NCBI GenBank assembly: GCA_964035545.1
Contig: CAXIUT010000001.1
Location: forward strand, 1-21,272
Source: Bugula neritina
Lineage: Eukaryota > Animalia > Bryozoa
Direction of reading: 5' to 3'
Length of the DNA stretch: 21,272 nt
Translations under genes and position numbers: made by a program
Notes under the pieces: generated by a model
Told to the model about the DNA's origin: nothing
The model's database searches: none
What the model saw: the letters and a program-made list of their open reading frames with translations, nothing else
Shown here: positions 1 through 15,180 of the stretch, in pieces
Position numbering within the stretch: the stretch's first letter is position 1
Layout: every line of letters starts with the position of its first letter

Positions 1-82
1 CCCAACCCCAACCCCAACCCCAACCCCAACCCCAACCCCAACCCCAACCCCAACCCCAACCCCAACCCCAACCCCAACCCCA
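1..82 (+). repeat. Telomere, (CCCCAA)n, left chromosome end
   Basis: Perfect C4A2 hexamer array at the start of the window, in the orientation expected for a 5' chromosome end. It is the Tetrahymena-type repeat. Confidence 0.97.
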
Positions 83-171
83 TCAGTATGATATTTATAA
101 GGAACATCATTATTGATATGTATCGGTTTATATTTTTTATTTATATACTATTTATAGATAATTTACGAGTA

Positions 172-1161
172 TCAGATCACAACTTTCTACTATTCCGACT
201 CACAACTATCAGAACTAAACCCGCCAATGCCATTATGCTGCTTATTGATTTATTTTTATGTAAACTCATAAAGATATTCATACTGAGAAGCAGTATGAAC
301 CATTCCCCATCTCTGCTCTCTAAACTTCCTCACCTCATTGAAAATTGACACCTTCTCATTAGCACCAATCAACAAACGAATCAATGCCATCATCATAAAA
401 GTTCCTGTTCTTCCCACGCCAGCACTACAGTGAACAATTGGTATCCTATTATCTTTAATATCACCTATAAATGCATCAAGCATGGTATTCATAAGTTTTT
501 TATTGCTTTTTTTAGGAACTTAACCATCAATCCAATCTATCTGCTGAAAATGATGAATAATTTGAGAAGTATTTGTGATATTATTTTTCAACTGCAGTTT
601 TCTGACTTTGACAGTTTTTTTATTATGAAGATCATATTCTTCAAGAAGGGATATTTCATATTACTTTTAGACCATTTTTGATTCGGGAAGAGTATTCTGA
701 GGATAGTAGCGATCACATTTAAGTTTAGTTTTTTACATTATGTTGCTCAACATAAATATCTTGGTCACTTTGTGCTGCTCAATCATTCTCCAAAAATTAT
801 AAAAAGATGTCTTTGATAAAGGAGCCTGAGTAGCGATTGCTGGCTTCCCTCTAATATCGATAAAGTTTGCATTGATATAATTGTCAATGTTCTATTTCTA
901 CTACTCTTTGCCTAGCCTCACTCGAGTTGCTTCAAATGTCATGAATTCAGGGTATCTGTTAAGTTTAAACTGTTCAGGGTGTTTATTTAGTTTATCTACA
1001 TGATGCTGAGTTTGAGTCATAAAGGTAATTAGTTTAAATTAGGTTGACAAGCAACGCTACATTCGTTCTAGACCAAACTAAACAGGAACTATCTACTAGC
1101 TAAGACTCCTCAAGTCTTCGTTTTAGGCCAACCACTGTTGAGATAAATCATTATAGTTCAT
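172..1161 (-). CDS. Classical protein tyrosine phosphatase (329 aa)
   Basis: Uninterrupted ATG..TGA frame when TAA/TAG are sense. Motifs NRYP, YINANFI, IATQAP, FWRMI, KCDRYYP, WIDG, PIVHCSAGVGRTG and QRWGMVHTASQY. Confidence 0.93.
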
Positions 1162-1515
1162 TTTCCCACAAATACAATATTAATTATAGCGAAAAAGGAG
1201 ATAAAAAGTCATATGCTCTTTTATAAATCATAAAATGACCGAATATCTTTTAAAACTTTGATAAATAATAAAACAATATTCTTTTATTGAGAGATAAACT
1301 ACTATTTTCAGTTAATTTTTCAAATGTGAAACAGTTTTTTAAAATATCTTCTTCTTTATACTATCTTTTTAACTAAATAAATCTCTGAAATAATCAAATA
1401 GTTGATTCAAATACTAATATTTGAACTAAATCATCGATATTATTGATTTAACTCTTTGAAAAGTGTCAAATATGAAAGTTAAATAAGGATAAATGCGATT
1501 GATAGATATATTCAA

Positions 1516-2889
<1,374 letters not shown>

Positions 2890-3283
2890 TTAACATAGAA
2901 AAAAATCACTCTAATCAGCCGTTTTTCTTATCAATGAAAAAACATTTCTAAACATTTTTTAACACTCATCATTCAATTTAACCCATTTTTCATCTTCTAT
3001 ATTATCAATATCATCATTTATTCGAATAGTTTATCATAAATAAAAATTCAAACTTTAATTCTGGTAAAAAATATTTCTTTTGATAAAAATCGACATAGTT
3101 GAACTTTGATGACTAAATCTCATTGGCTGAAAAGATAAAATAAATATATGTGCTTGATAAAGCATCTTTTATCAAATTTCTCTTATACCAGATATTAAAT
3201 CAATAAAATCAGAAATATAAACTCAATATTCAAAACTTTTCCAATAAACATCTCTATAAAATAACTACAGACTTATCAATTAA

Positions 3284-3760
3284 TCAATATCTATATTTTG
3301 AACCACTATAACTCTCTCCTTTATGATACTCATAACGTTGTGAATGATAGTTATTATGCTGCCCATAATCTCTCCTTACATGATCATTAGAATATCTTAA
3401 TGATTTAGAATCATCACTTTTTTATCGACTTTGTGTCCTTTAAAAATTATTCTGGCGGTAATAACTCTTCCCTGAACTTCTAAATAACTAATCCAATTTG
3501 GATTTATACTCTACTTTTGTTTACTTAAGATCCTTATTTTACTTTTTATCACTATTTAGCTCTTTATTTTTGTTATTCCATTCGTCAATTATACTTTACA
3601 GAGATTTATTCGGCTATTCAAGTTAAGATAATGTATGATCAATAGCAATACTTGAACAAGCTTCCAAGTACTGATGCTTATAGTTATAATTAGATGGATT
3701 TTGTTAAGTTGTAAAAGTCATTTTATAGTCATAGATTGACTAGATAAGGGGTCGAATCAT
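3284..3760 (-). CDS. Hypothetical protein (158 aa)
   Basis: ATG..TGA frame open under UAR=Glu, with no recognised motif. Could instead be the 3' part of the 3787-4560 gene. Confidence 0.55.
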
Positions 3761-3786
3761 AACTACAAATAAATGATATTTAGTGA

Positions 3787-4560
3787 TCAATTTTTAAGAA
3801 TAGGAGAACGAGAATAAATACCTCTTTGTATTTAACGAATCTGGTATTTTTTAAAGGGTTATATTTTAGTTCCCGATATTACTCTAGGACTCTAAGGTGA
3901 TTCCAAACGAACTTCATCATTTTTCTACTGTTTGTACACATAAAACTATTCAAAATTTTCTATTTAGCTGTATTTTGGAATAAATTCAGGACTCTGATAA
4001 GTAATAGCTTGATTTAAAAGGACAAGAGGTGTTGTTTTATTCATTGCCTCTTGCCGATGAGTCTGTATTCCATTTAAAGGCTTTTAATTTTGTAAAGTTT
4101 ACAGTTCTAGAACTTTGTTATTCATCGAGCCAGCTCTAATTCCTCTTCTATATGGTCTGATAGGAGTAACTGATCTAAGAGGAAAGCCTTTGATTGAGTC
4201 AATGGGACAAGCTGTATGTATAGCTCTGAAAGCTCCTGTTCTTAAACTTTATGGTAATTTTTATGAAAAGCTGGACATTTATTTCGGATGTTTTTGTTAT
4301 TTTTTTCTTAGATAAAAGTTATTTTTTTGTCTAATTTGGGTCTGTGCTTAATCTCTAACTGTATTAGGAGTGAGAACTAATGAGGTTTCATAGAGAGATA
4401 CTGGATTTCTTTATCTAATAACTTTTCTTAATTTTCCTTTTTTACTAATATTAAGATGAATAGGTTCTTTAATTTTTCCTTTCTGCATGTTATTTTATTT
4501 GGTGTTATTATAACTCTATTAGGTAATAACTAAATGCCATTACCTAATTAAAGATAACAT
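3787..4560 (-). CDS. Hypothetical basic, low-complexity protein
   Basis: 774-nt TGA-free frame with an alternative ATG at 4488. Ends TGA-T like the other genes. Confidence 0.55.
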
Positions 4561-4607
4561 TGATTAGATGATGATAAGGGAGATATACTAAATATATACA
4601 ATTATTA

Positions 4608-5293
4608 TCAAAGAACCTAGGGTTTTTGTTCGAATATATTGTCCATAGAAATAGTGGTTGAACTGTGACAAGTGGCTATTTTAAGATTTTATTGTTTTTT
4701 CTTTCTTTATTTTTTAATATGTTGAGTTTTTCCTGACTTTTTTGATTTTTTAGCTGGCTTCATTGTAGTATTAAACTTCTCACTCAATGTTATTATTTCA
4801 GAACAAAAAGAAGATGATCTCAATAACTTTTGGTGAGTTGGTATATTTACATGAGTCAAATAGTCATCAAAATGAGTCTTGCAAATACAACAAAAACTAT
4901 TGCTGCGAGATGGCTTAGGAACAAACTATATTAATAATCAATTACCAACTCTTATTTTTCTTGACTCATTTCCACCACTCTTTCTTCGTGCAATTTCAAA
5001 TAGGTGTCCAAATGTTTGATGGTCTTTGTCTAAAATAAAAGGGCTTTTACACTTTCAAAAGGAAGAGTAAAGCTAGGAGTAAAGAAATGATGATCCTTAT
5101 TAAAAACAGGATGAACAGCAAGAGAAGGCAATAAAGAATGTTGAGTGTCATTAACAGACTATGATTGAGAGATAGGGGAGAAATCTACTTGCACGAAAGA
5201 TAAATTCATGGACTCTACTCTTCTGAGTAGAAAGGCATGCCCGTTGTCCACAGACATCACCTCCGCACTAGTATTTTATTTCCCCTCTGCCAT
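4608..5293 (-). CDS. DBF-type zinc finger protein
   Basis: After removing a 20-nt intron (4926-4945) it reads FCCICKTHFDDYLTHVNIPTH, matching the zf-DBF CxxC...H...H pattern, followed by a basic tail. Confidence 0.7.
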
Positions 5294-5434
5294 GAAATTA
5301 TTATACCACAATATAACTCATTTTCAACTTATATCAGAGCCCACCCCATAAACTCAAAGCTCCTATCTAAGAACATACAACTACACCTATCCATCAATAT
5401 CCAATACAAATCATAATTATATCAAGATATTCAA

Positions 5435-6325
5435 TCATTGATTTCGCACCTGCATCACTCGTGACATAGAACTTTTAGAAAAGTTAGTTGTTGCTATATC
5501 AAATCAATAGTACATTGCATCTTTAAACTTTTTTAGAATTTTATGATCTACTGGTGATGCTGGTTCTAAAGCTACTTCATGAAGTTGTTGTATTTTTGAA
5601 TTAACCTACATATAAAATATTATACTTTTCATATTCAGTGTTTCTTGTCTTCTTTTGCTCCTAATATCCCTGCTACATCTTTTGCAGAAGTGCACTCATC
5701 TAAGTCTTCTGCTTGCTCACAAGTTGGCTCATCAAATTTTGTTTCTTTGCCTATTTACTTTGATTCCATTTCTAAAATTCAATCCTTTCTAAATTATATA
5801 TCTGTTTTTGCACTTGATGAGCATCAACATATTTTTCCTGCTTTGCCAAAGTCTCCTCTATCTTTCTTAAATTAATCAATTCTCCAGAATCTTTTTTGCA
5901 ATGAGCTATTGACTTTTAGATCTCTTATTAGAAAAAATCTAATTCTTATAAATGACGGACTTTGCATTAACTCTCAAGTTTTTACATTTATTCTTGGTAT
6001 TAAAGCTGTTTCTTATCCCAAAACTCATCAAATTAAGATTTTTATTAAATATGCGCCATCTCAACTTGCTTCTTTTCTTACTTAAAACGCATTTTTAACT
6101 AAAACTTTCTTTGCTTTTCCATCTCCTCTTTGATTTTAACTATTCTTTTCTTAGCAGCCTCAGCTTCCATATATTTACCTGTTTTTTAACATGTTTTTTG
6201 ATGCCCATAAAGCACTTATCTACCTTATTATAAACATACACATAGTCTTCTAGATTATCTCCTTAGAAATCAGGTACTGACACCCGACTCATCTGATTTT
6301 CTTTTCCAGTACGATATTGATTCAT
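5435..6325 (-). CDS. Coiled-coil protein of unknown function (276 aa)
   Basis: Three 20-nt introns (6220-6239, 5606-5625, 5494-5513) give one open frame. E/K-rich, with HQKTCEKTGKYMEAE and ELINLRKIEETLAKQ segments resembling a protist coiled-coil family I cannot name. Confidence 0.8.
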
Positions 6326-6398
6326 AAATTAACGAGAATATTATAATTATAAGATGTAATAACAAAAGTTGATCAACCAAATAGATATCAGCCACTAC

Positions 6399-7300
6399 AT
6401 GATTGACTAAAATCAACTCAATTTAGTCATTCCAGGTGATCTCATCATCGCCGAATAAGGATTCATCAAGTACATATTCACATATTCAGCGGACACGGCA
6501 CCTATAAAGTCAATAATTAAATTAGAGCATCAGTTTTAGGTACAGTATAAAAAACAAACAAACTCATCATTGTCAATCCTTTAAGAAATAAGTATGTACC
6601 TCAAGTAGGAGACATTATTGTTGGTCGTGTCCACTAAGTAGTTCTTTTTCGATTTAGATAGCAAACAAAAGATGGAAAATAGATATCAGAGGAGCAACAT
6701 ATGCCTATCTTTCCCTCAATTCAACTTATATACCTTAACAAAGAAAGAAAAATGAATAAGATTAATTCAATATGCGCAGAATCATGCAATAAGGAGATCT
6801 CATCGTAGCTGAAGTACATTCTATCAACAACGATAAAACATACAATTTGCACACTAGAAATCCTAAATATGGAAGACTTTAAAATGGAATTTTAGTTTAA
6901 GTTTCACATCGTTTGATCAAACGACAAAAAACATCATCTCATCAGTTTAGGAAAAGTAGGAGTCATACTAGCTAATAATGGAAACATTTATCTAAGCAAC
7001 TTTAGAAGAAATTAAGCCAGCAACCTCAAAGATACACTTATCAAACACGAAAAATATTCTAAAGAGGAAATGAAAGATATAACTATTGTTGGAAATCTCA
7101 TGAAGGTTTTAGGATTTGAAGGATTAGAAATATCATAAATACTCGTGAAAGAACTATTTTAATGGGTTGATAAGAATTCAATCGATGCTGTAAATATCTT
7201 ACAAGACAACAGTTAAGTTCGCTAAGAGTTGCTTTAGAGAGTTCGGACACGTATTCCAAAAAGGATAGAGTAGATTTCAAATTCTTTGAAGAAAGTTTGA
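6399..7300 (+). CDS. RRP4: Exosome cap subunit Rrp4 (EXOSC2)
   Basis: VIPGD, GHGTY, YVPQVGDIIVGRV, KRWKIDI, GDLIVAEV, LHTRNPKYGRL, IKRQK and VILANNGNIY motifs. 20-nt introns at 6470-6489 and 6638-6657. One extra A in the run 6926-6931. Confidence 0.93.
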
Positions 7301-7326
7301 TTTATACTGATTTATGATAGCATATA

Positions 7327-7840
7327 TCATTTAATAAGATCTTCTTTATTGGTTGAACTTCTTTCCTCATCATTTTTCTGAAACTTTGATTTGCAGAAAA
7401 GTCCAATGAATATATATAAAACTCCAATAGCAAAAATAAGAATAGCAGCTATCCAAGCTACAACAGTATTGTCAATTCCTCCACAAGTAAAGTAATAAAA
7501 AACAGATGATGCCATACTGAATGGATAGATATGTACAATAGATTGAATACTCCACGACCAAATATGACTTCATAAAGACAAAATGCTTAGTTATACATTC
7601 AACTTAAAATTAAGCAGCAGCAAAGAGTATACCGACCAATCTGAATAAGAGATACCTACATCATGAAGCAAGGAGAAAATAGTAGGAAAAATTTACCACT
7701 CTATAATGTCTGAGCCATTCCAATCAGACCTCCTATCCCAAAACCAATCAAAACCAACCTAAATACCTACAACTATACGCGTTCAGAATGTTTACTATTC
7801 GCATCACGACACCCATCTTGCTCCAACAACCTTATGACAT
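7327..7840 (-). CDS. COPI-associated / TVP15-like small multi-pass Golgi membrane protein
   Basis: Four hydrophobic segments and an FMKSYxGRGVFNLF motif. Introns at 7759-7778, 7641-7659 (19 nt) and 7517-7536. One base is missing near 7560. Confidence 0.75.
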
Positions 7841-7997
7841 CTTGAAGTTAAATATGATAATATTGCAATTATTTGTCCACCATAAACTACCTCATTATCA
7901 AATCACAACCACAACTATTAAATAATCTATCATAAACTTTTATTATTGCAATCTAGTAAACCATCACACCATAGAGGCAGATATATAAAATTTATTA

Positions 7998-9612
<1,615 letters not shown>

Positions 9613-9689
9613 TATCACTCTTATTATATATATACCAACTTCATGAAATTCAAAACCTTTCAATATCAAAATCAACTAAAGTTATTCAA

Positions 9690-9763
9690 GGGGTTGGGGT
9701 TGGGGTTGGGGTTGGGGTTGGGGTTGGGGTTGGGGTTGGGGTTGGGGTTGGGTTGGGGTTGGG
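9690..9763 (+). repeat. Telomeric (GGGGTT)n tract, right end of the first fragment
   Basis: G4T2 array with one G3T2 unit, 77 nt beyond the TTLL ATG. Confidence 0.95.
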
Positions 9764-10845
9764 CTATCTTGCTATTACTCTTTCTTTACATATTTCTATT
9801 ACAACTTTTAGAGCTTTATTTCTTATTTCTTCTCTTCTAATTTGGGTTCCTCTTTTTCTTTTTATTCTCCCTTGGTCTCTTCTGATTGTTTTTCTTCACC
9901 TGTAAAAGTTTTTATCACATCATCTCCATACTTTTTAGTAATGATTTTTTTTCCCTGACTGCCAAACTCTCCAACAACTTCTGTTCCACCTTTAATAAGT
10001 CCACTAAAAGCATCTCCAATAGCATTTCCAGAAACCTGCATTAATTCTATCTAATCAAGTATATACCTTTTGCATATTTGATAGTTTTGCTATCAGAATG
10101 ATTAACTTTCTCTTCAAGACTTTGAGTATACTATTTTGTTTTTGTAATAACTGGATTAAATAGTTTGTTAGCATATTCTGCACTGACACTGATAAAATTA
10201 TTAGTTCCTGATTTGATATTTTCCCATTTTTATTTAGTTCCTTCTGATACTTGAGTAGGCTCCCCTTCAGAAATCTTTTACCCCAAATAATTTCCACATT
10301 TCTCTACACCAGTTTTAAAATATCCACCAATGACAGTAAAAGCCTTATTAAAGAAATTCCCAGTACTAGCAATATATTTTTTAATATTATCAGGATAATA
10401 AATCTGTTCCTTCTCCAGCTGGGGATAATGTTCTTCTATCATCTTCTTTGTGTCGTCATTCTCTCTAACAGTAGAAATTTAATTCAATTTAGCTATTTAG
10501 TTTAGAAGAAGATCCACATGATGAATGATCTATTCATTTGGTGGAAGAGATATCGCACTCAAACCATTTTAAAATGAGGAAATATGTATGACACAGTATC
10601 AGGGTATACTACTTTAACAAAATTAGTATTTGCCTGAATACCGTAGTAGAAACTATTTAGATTAAGAAAATAAACAGGCTAGTTCTTGTTATTTTATAGC
10701 TTAGCTATTTTAAATGTTCCTGCATAAAGTCTAAAATACCTGATGTGAAGAGAGTTTTTTATTTTTTTAAGAGGCGATGCATAAAAACATGCTATATTTA
10801 TAAAAGAACAGCTGCGTTCACTTATTATTCACGAACAGACTACAT
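9764..10845 (-). CDS. Spartin / senescence-domain-like protein, 3'-truncated
   Basis: N-terminal VYFLNLNSFYY..SYIFP segment and a C-terminal amphipathic region ending KIITKKYGDDV. 20-nt introns at 10720-10739 and 10047-10066. One base is missing at about 10567-10574. No stop before the telomeric junction. Confidence 0.7.
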
Positions 10846-10929
10846 GGTTCGGTATTTATAGTCAAATATTATAAATATGGTATGATTTCGATATGATAAA
10901 TAAATTAGATATTCTGAAAATATCTTTTA

Positions 10930-11011
10930 GGGGTTGGGGTTGGGGTTGGGGTTGGGGTTGGGGTTGGGGTTGGGGTTGGGGTTGGGGTTGGGGTTGGGGT
11001 TGGGGTTGGGG
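10930..11011 (+). repeat. Telomeric (GGGGTT)n tract
   Basis: Perfect G4T2 array, 84 nt beyond the ATG at 10845. Confidence 0.95.
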
Positions 11012-11168
11012 CAAGCAAAAATAAAATCAGAAATAAATCAGTTATCTTGATATCTTTTATCAAATCAAGCTTTAAAAATATAAGTTCTATTTCTTATTTA
11101 CTGCTATATAATTATTTTCTATTTTTTCGGCTGCTAAAATTTATATAATATAAAAGTCCATAGAAATC

Positions 11169-12058
11169 ATGTAGTTCCTTCTCAAAGTTTTTGATTTCGG
11201 CTATATCACACCCTAAACTCAACTTTCCAGAGCCCTCACTGCTATCTAATTCAGTAGCACCTCCTCTTTGCCCCATAACCACTACCAACTTATCATTGGA
11301 ACAGAATAGTCGAAATAGAAAAGAATATTACTCTTCGAATAACTTCTAAAAAAAGCTAGCAAAGTAACTACCTTACCATAAGTAATAAAAATATTGACTC
11401 TTATTTTTTCAGCTTTGCTCTAAAACAAATTCAATGATAAATTTCTATCACTACTCGACACCTTGTAGACTCCAGAATTCGAGCTAATCGACTAATTGAA
11501 CGCCAAATGGATAAAGTAACTCTTCATCTGTTGCAAATCATATTTGTTGAAGCTAAGTTCAATGAATTAATTGATGAAGCGAGTTTTATCACGTGAGCCT
11601 CAAACCTTCAAACTTATCTATCAGATCTATATCTGATACTAAACACAATAGGATTATTCTTTCCCTTCGTTACAAACGCCTTTCACACATTTGGAAGATA
11701 CTATATGAAAGATAACAATTATATCAAATAATTCCATAAAAAAATAAGTCACTATCTGTTAATAAACTACTAATACGTCAGGACAATCGTTGGATAATTT
11801 TTAAAGAAATATAAATAATGTTAGATAATGTAAATACAATGTTTTTTGAATACGGTTCCATAGATATAGTTAATGTGTGATAAAATAGAAGAAGTATTAT
11901 TGAGTAAATATTACAAAGGAAAAGGGCCATCACCTAAAATATATTTTAAAGAATAAGATATAGATTAAATCAACTTTCATATCAAAGATATCAATAGTTT
12001 AAAAGAAATCAGCTCGGCTAAAACTGAAGATTAAGATGTATTTTCTTAATATATTTGA
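11169..12058 (+). CDS. Hypothetical helical protein, weakly ANTH/ENTH-like
   Basis: Two long TGA-free frames that join if one base is missing near 11628. Otherwise the first frame ends at TGA 11634-11636. Confidence 0.5.
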
Positions 12059-12180
12059 TTTTTATAATATAAAATCATCTATTTATTGTTATTTTGATGA
12101 TTAAATGATTTTATTGATATTTATTGGTATTTATTGATGAATACAATATTTAGTTTGAATTTATTGATATTTATTTATTG

Positions 12181-13515
12181 ATGTAGTACGAATACCTAAG
12201 GAGTTACAAACAAAAACATATTAACTTCCAAAAACTACATAAAAAAATACTAGACAAGTTTCAGAATTAAGGATAAAGCGTAGACAAATTAAGAAATTAT
12301 GATTAAATTCTATCAGTCATGGACGAAAGAACCAATGGAAAAGCAACCAGAGGAGTCTGTGAATAACTCTTCAACCAAACAAAAAAATAAATAAGGAAAA
12401 ACATCCATTAGTAAAATGGCATGGGCTTACATAGAAAATATGGAAACAGCCAAATTATGTCTTTTAAGAGATTAAAGCAAAATTACAGATTTGAAAAGAG
12501 ATAGCAGCCATGGACACAGAAGCAGCACCTTTGTTCATCTAAAAATCATGCAAGTTTCAGTATATTCACGGTTCAGTAGCGATGCCACCCTCAGCTATCA
12601 GATTACTCCTTCCAACATCCCGCCTGTTATCTTACAAAATACTATCAATCCAACACTCAATCACTAATATACCTTCAAACTTGAAGAAGATCACTAATTC
12701 ACAATCAATTTCATGGATAGTGGTATCAGTATCGGACAGTGGACCTTCCCTGATGAGCCAGGACTCAAAGAAGGAGAATATCATAGATTGAATACCTCCG
12801 AAAATGTCGCTTTTTAAGTTCAAATAAAATATTTGCCCAAAAATAGCAGCAGTCTTGAGATTCAAAAGCACTCCTAACTTCAAAAAGTTGAATCCCGAAA
12901 AACCAACAGTCGTTCTGCCTTTGAAACTCTTGTTCTTTTTGAACCTTTTATGAACAAAAAGACAATGCCCAGGTCAATTCCTCGATAAGAATAACCTCGT
13001 AACGAAGTATAAGACGAATACTAAGGTTGTTTTTCATTTTTTGGTTATCATGTAAGAAACCTTTTTGTTTTGCTAGTAGCTCTCATCATATTCTAATCAA
13101 TGTTCAGCTACTATAGTGCCATATAATTCCTCGATGTACTTATCAAATAAACTAGTTAATTATCGCTTTCTATTTGATCGGACTAATCCAAGCAAGATAG
13201 ATTCAAAACTATAAATCATACACCACTATTTTCTTGGTTTTATGTGTTTTATTCGTATTATGTATTCTCAAGAGTGTATGGGGCATGGCTGAGCCTCCTT
13301 TCTATGACAACAAACCTCTAAAAACAGTAATGATGATAATCTGCATGATTCTCTAGATCTGTATAATAGTAGCTTTAACTATATGCATGAACAACACTGA
13401 AGACATGGCAAAACAAAGAGATCTATTTTTTTATGGATAAGAGCTAGAAGTCAAACAGCCAATTCCCCAAACAGAACCAGAAGAAGACACCATCTGGTAG
13501 CAGGGATATCAGTGA
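12181..13515 (+). CDS. Putative C2-domain protein with C-terminal transmembrane helices
   Basis: C2-like segment (VHLKIMQVSV...NTINPTLNHEYTF...IGQWTF) followed by about four hydrophobic helices. 20-nt intron at 13136-13155. One extra base, most simply in the A run 12381-12387. Confidence 0.65.
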
Positions 13516-13563
13516 TAGTTCAAACAGGTTTATATGATGGTATTTATTAATAATTAATAAGAA

Positions 13564-14202
13564 TCAAGATTAATGTTTGGAGTATGATGAACGATACCTA
13601 TTCAAAGTTATTTTGGAGGTGCTATCTTTGAAGGAAATATTTGTTGAATAGAGTTGATTAAGTTGAGAACTAATTTGAATGAATTTTGTAGGTTTTACTT
13701 GTTTTGAACTTTTAAGAACATTTATAGATGTAACTGGTTTTAATTATTCTTCTGGTAAATACTTGAGGATGTTCAGTTCGTCTTTTTTGAAGTCTATTTT
13801 CCAATTAGGCTTATCATATTTAAAAGATTCTTTGTTTTTTACTTTATTATACTCACTAATACTTATCCTTTTTCTCACTTGATAATTTTCATTGTTTTCC
13901 TTTTTACCATATATTTGTCGATAATTCTTCTTCATGCCTTTTTGATCATTTTATGTATTTAGACGCAACAGTTTGCCTGAACTCTTAAAAAATTCAGATT
14001 TATTTGAATATCCCTTTAAAGAACTACATCTTGTAAGTTTATTTGGGTTCAAAGTTTTTTTTTCTTCTTTTTTGGAAAATAAAACTTTATCCTGACTGTT
14101 TTGAAAAGACACAGACTTCTAGTATTTACTTGCTATGTTTTGAATGAAATCATGTAAGTTTACCAGCAATTACGGTTAGTTATTTAACCTAAATGCTTCC
14201 AT
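13564..14202 (-). CDS. Hypothetical K/N/S-rich protein (212 aa)
   Basis: ATG..TGA frame open under UAR=Glu. It contains track ORF 13744-13935. Confidence 0.6.
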
Positions 14203-14350
14203 ATATATTATATAGACAGGAAATAAATAGATTAGAAAAGTTTCGAAAATATTTGTAATGAAATTATTTCTAAACCATTAAAATAAAAAACATCTACTTT
14301 TAACTGATTAAAATATGGAGAAGATAATATTTTTTTTTGAGTTTTTATAA

Positions 14351-15120
14351 TCAATTAAACATTTTGCCATAAACAGCTTTTTCCTTTATTTTTTGCTATT
14401 TCTACTCATTATCCAAAACAACTCCCAAACTTTTAAAGTTCTTTACCGTTTCTTCATCTTTACTATGTTCTATTCCAAACATTATATCGTGTCGAGCAGC
14501 CGGCCAATTTTTAAGACCTTTGTTTGCACTAGCTTTTCTATACACAGTCTTAACATTAGGCTCTAAAGTCTCCTGGAGATGCTTTTAACACCATTAAAGA
14601 GCTGACTTGAACTCGGATAAGTTCAAAGTGGCTAAAGCGAGGTTACTGATAAGAGACAATTTCAATTACTGACACTTTTAACTTGGGTCATTTACAATGA
14701 GATTATAAGCTTAACTATAAACTTTAATGGCTTTTTGGTATTATTTAGATTTAATAAAACCATTTCCTTCGACTTTTAAAGTTTAAGCCCTTTCGAATGA
14801 TGTTTTTTGTTCTTTTATTTATCCAATCTTAATTAGTTCAATGATATATCCAACTTTATTATGATCTAAATATCAGTAAAATATACCTTGAATAGTCCAC
14901 TTCTATCCTTCCTTCATCTGCAACAACACTATTTCTAATTTAGAATTGAACTAATTATTCCCTAGAACTCCGGAATGATTGATAGCAATCGAGCCCTCTT
15001 TCTGCATTCGAACTAAATCACAAACAAAATACATTGGACCTTCTGGAACTTGCTAGGAACCTTTCCATCTGCCTTCTCTACTTCTTTCTTGATGATAGCA
15101 TAACCAATATCTTCTTACAT
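14351..15120 (-). CDS. FKBP-like TPR co-chaperone with a degenerate PPIase domain (242 aa)
   Basis: TPR signatures KVEGNGFIK..YQKAIKVY, SNLALATL and NVKTVYRKASA. C-terminal EKAVYGKMF resembles large immunophilins. Introns at 15013-15032 (20 nt) and 14866-14886 (21 nt). Confidence 0.8.
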
Positions 15121-15180
15121 GAGTTGATTCTAGTACTTAAATTAAATAATAATTTATTGATTAGAATTATAAAGGATGAA

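Noticed and set aside
3763-3821. 59-nt intron fusing the two hypothetical genes
   Set aside because: Frame-compatible, but far from 20 nt and lacking the -6 A. The TGA at 3787-3789 has the TGA-T context of true stops.
5030-5050. Candidate 21-nt intron GTAAAAG..TTTTAG
   Set aside because: It is not needed for the frame and lacks the -6 A found in all supported introns.
11634-11636. UGA readthrough (Sec/Trp/Cys)
   Set aside because: The downstream coding-like sequence is in a different frame, so readthrough would not join them. No conserved in-frame TGA was seen in any gene.
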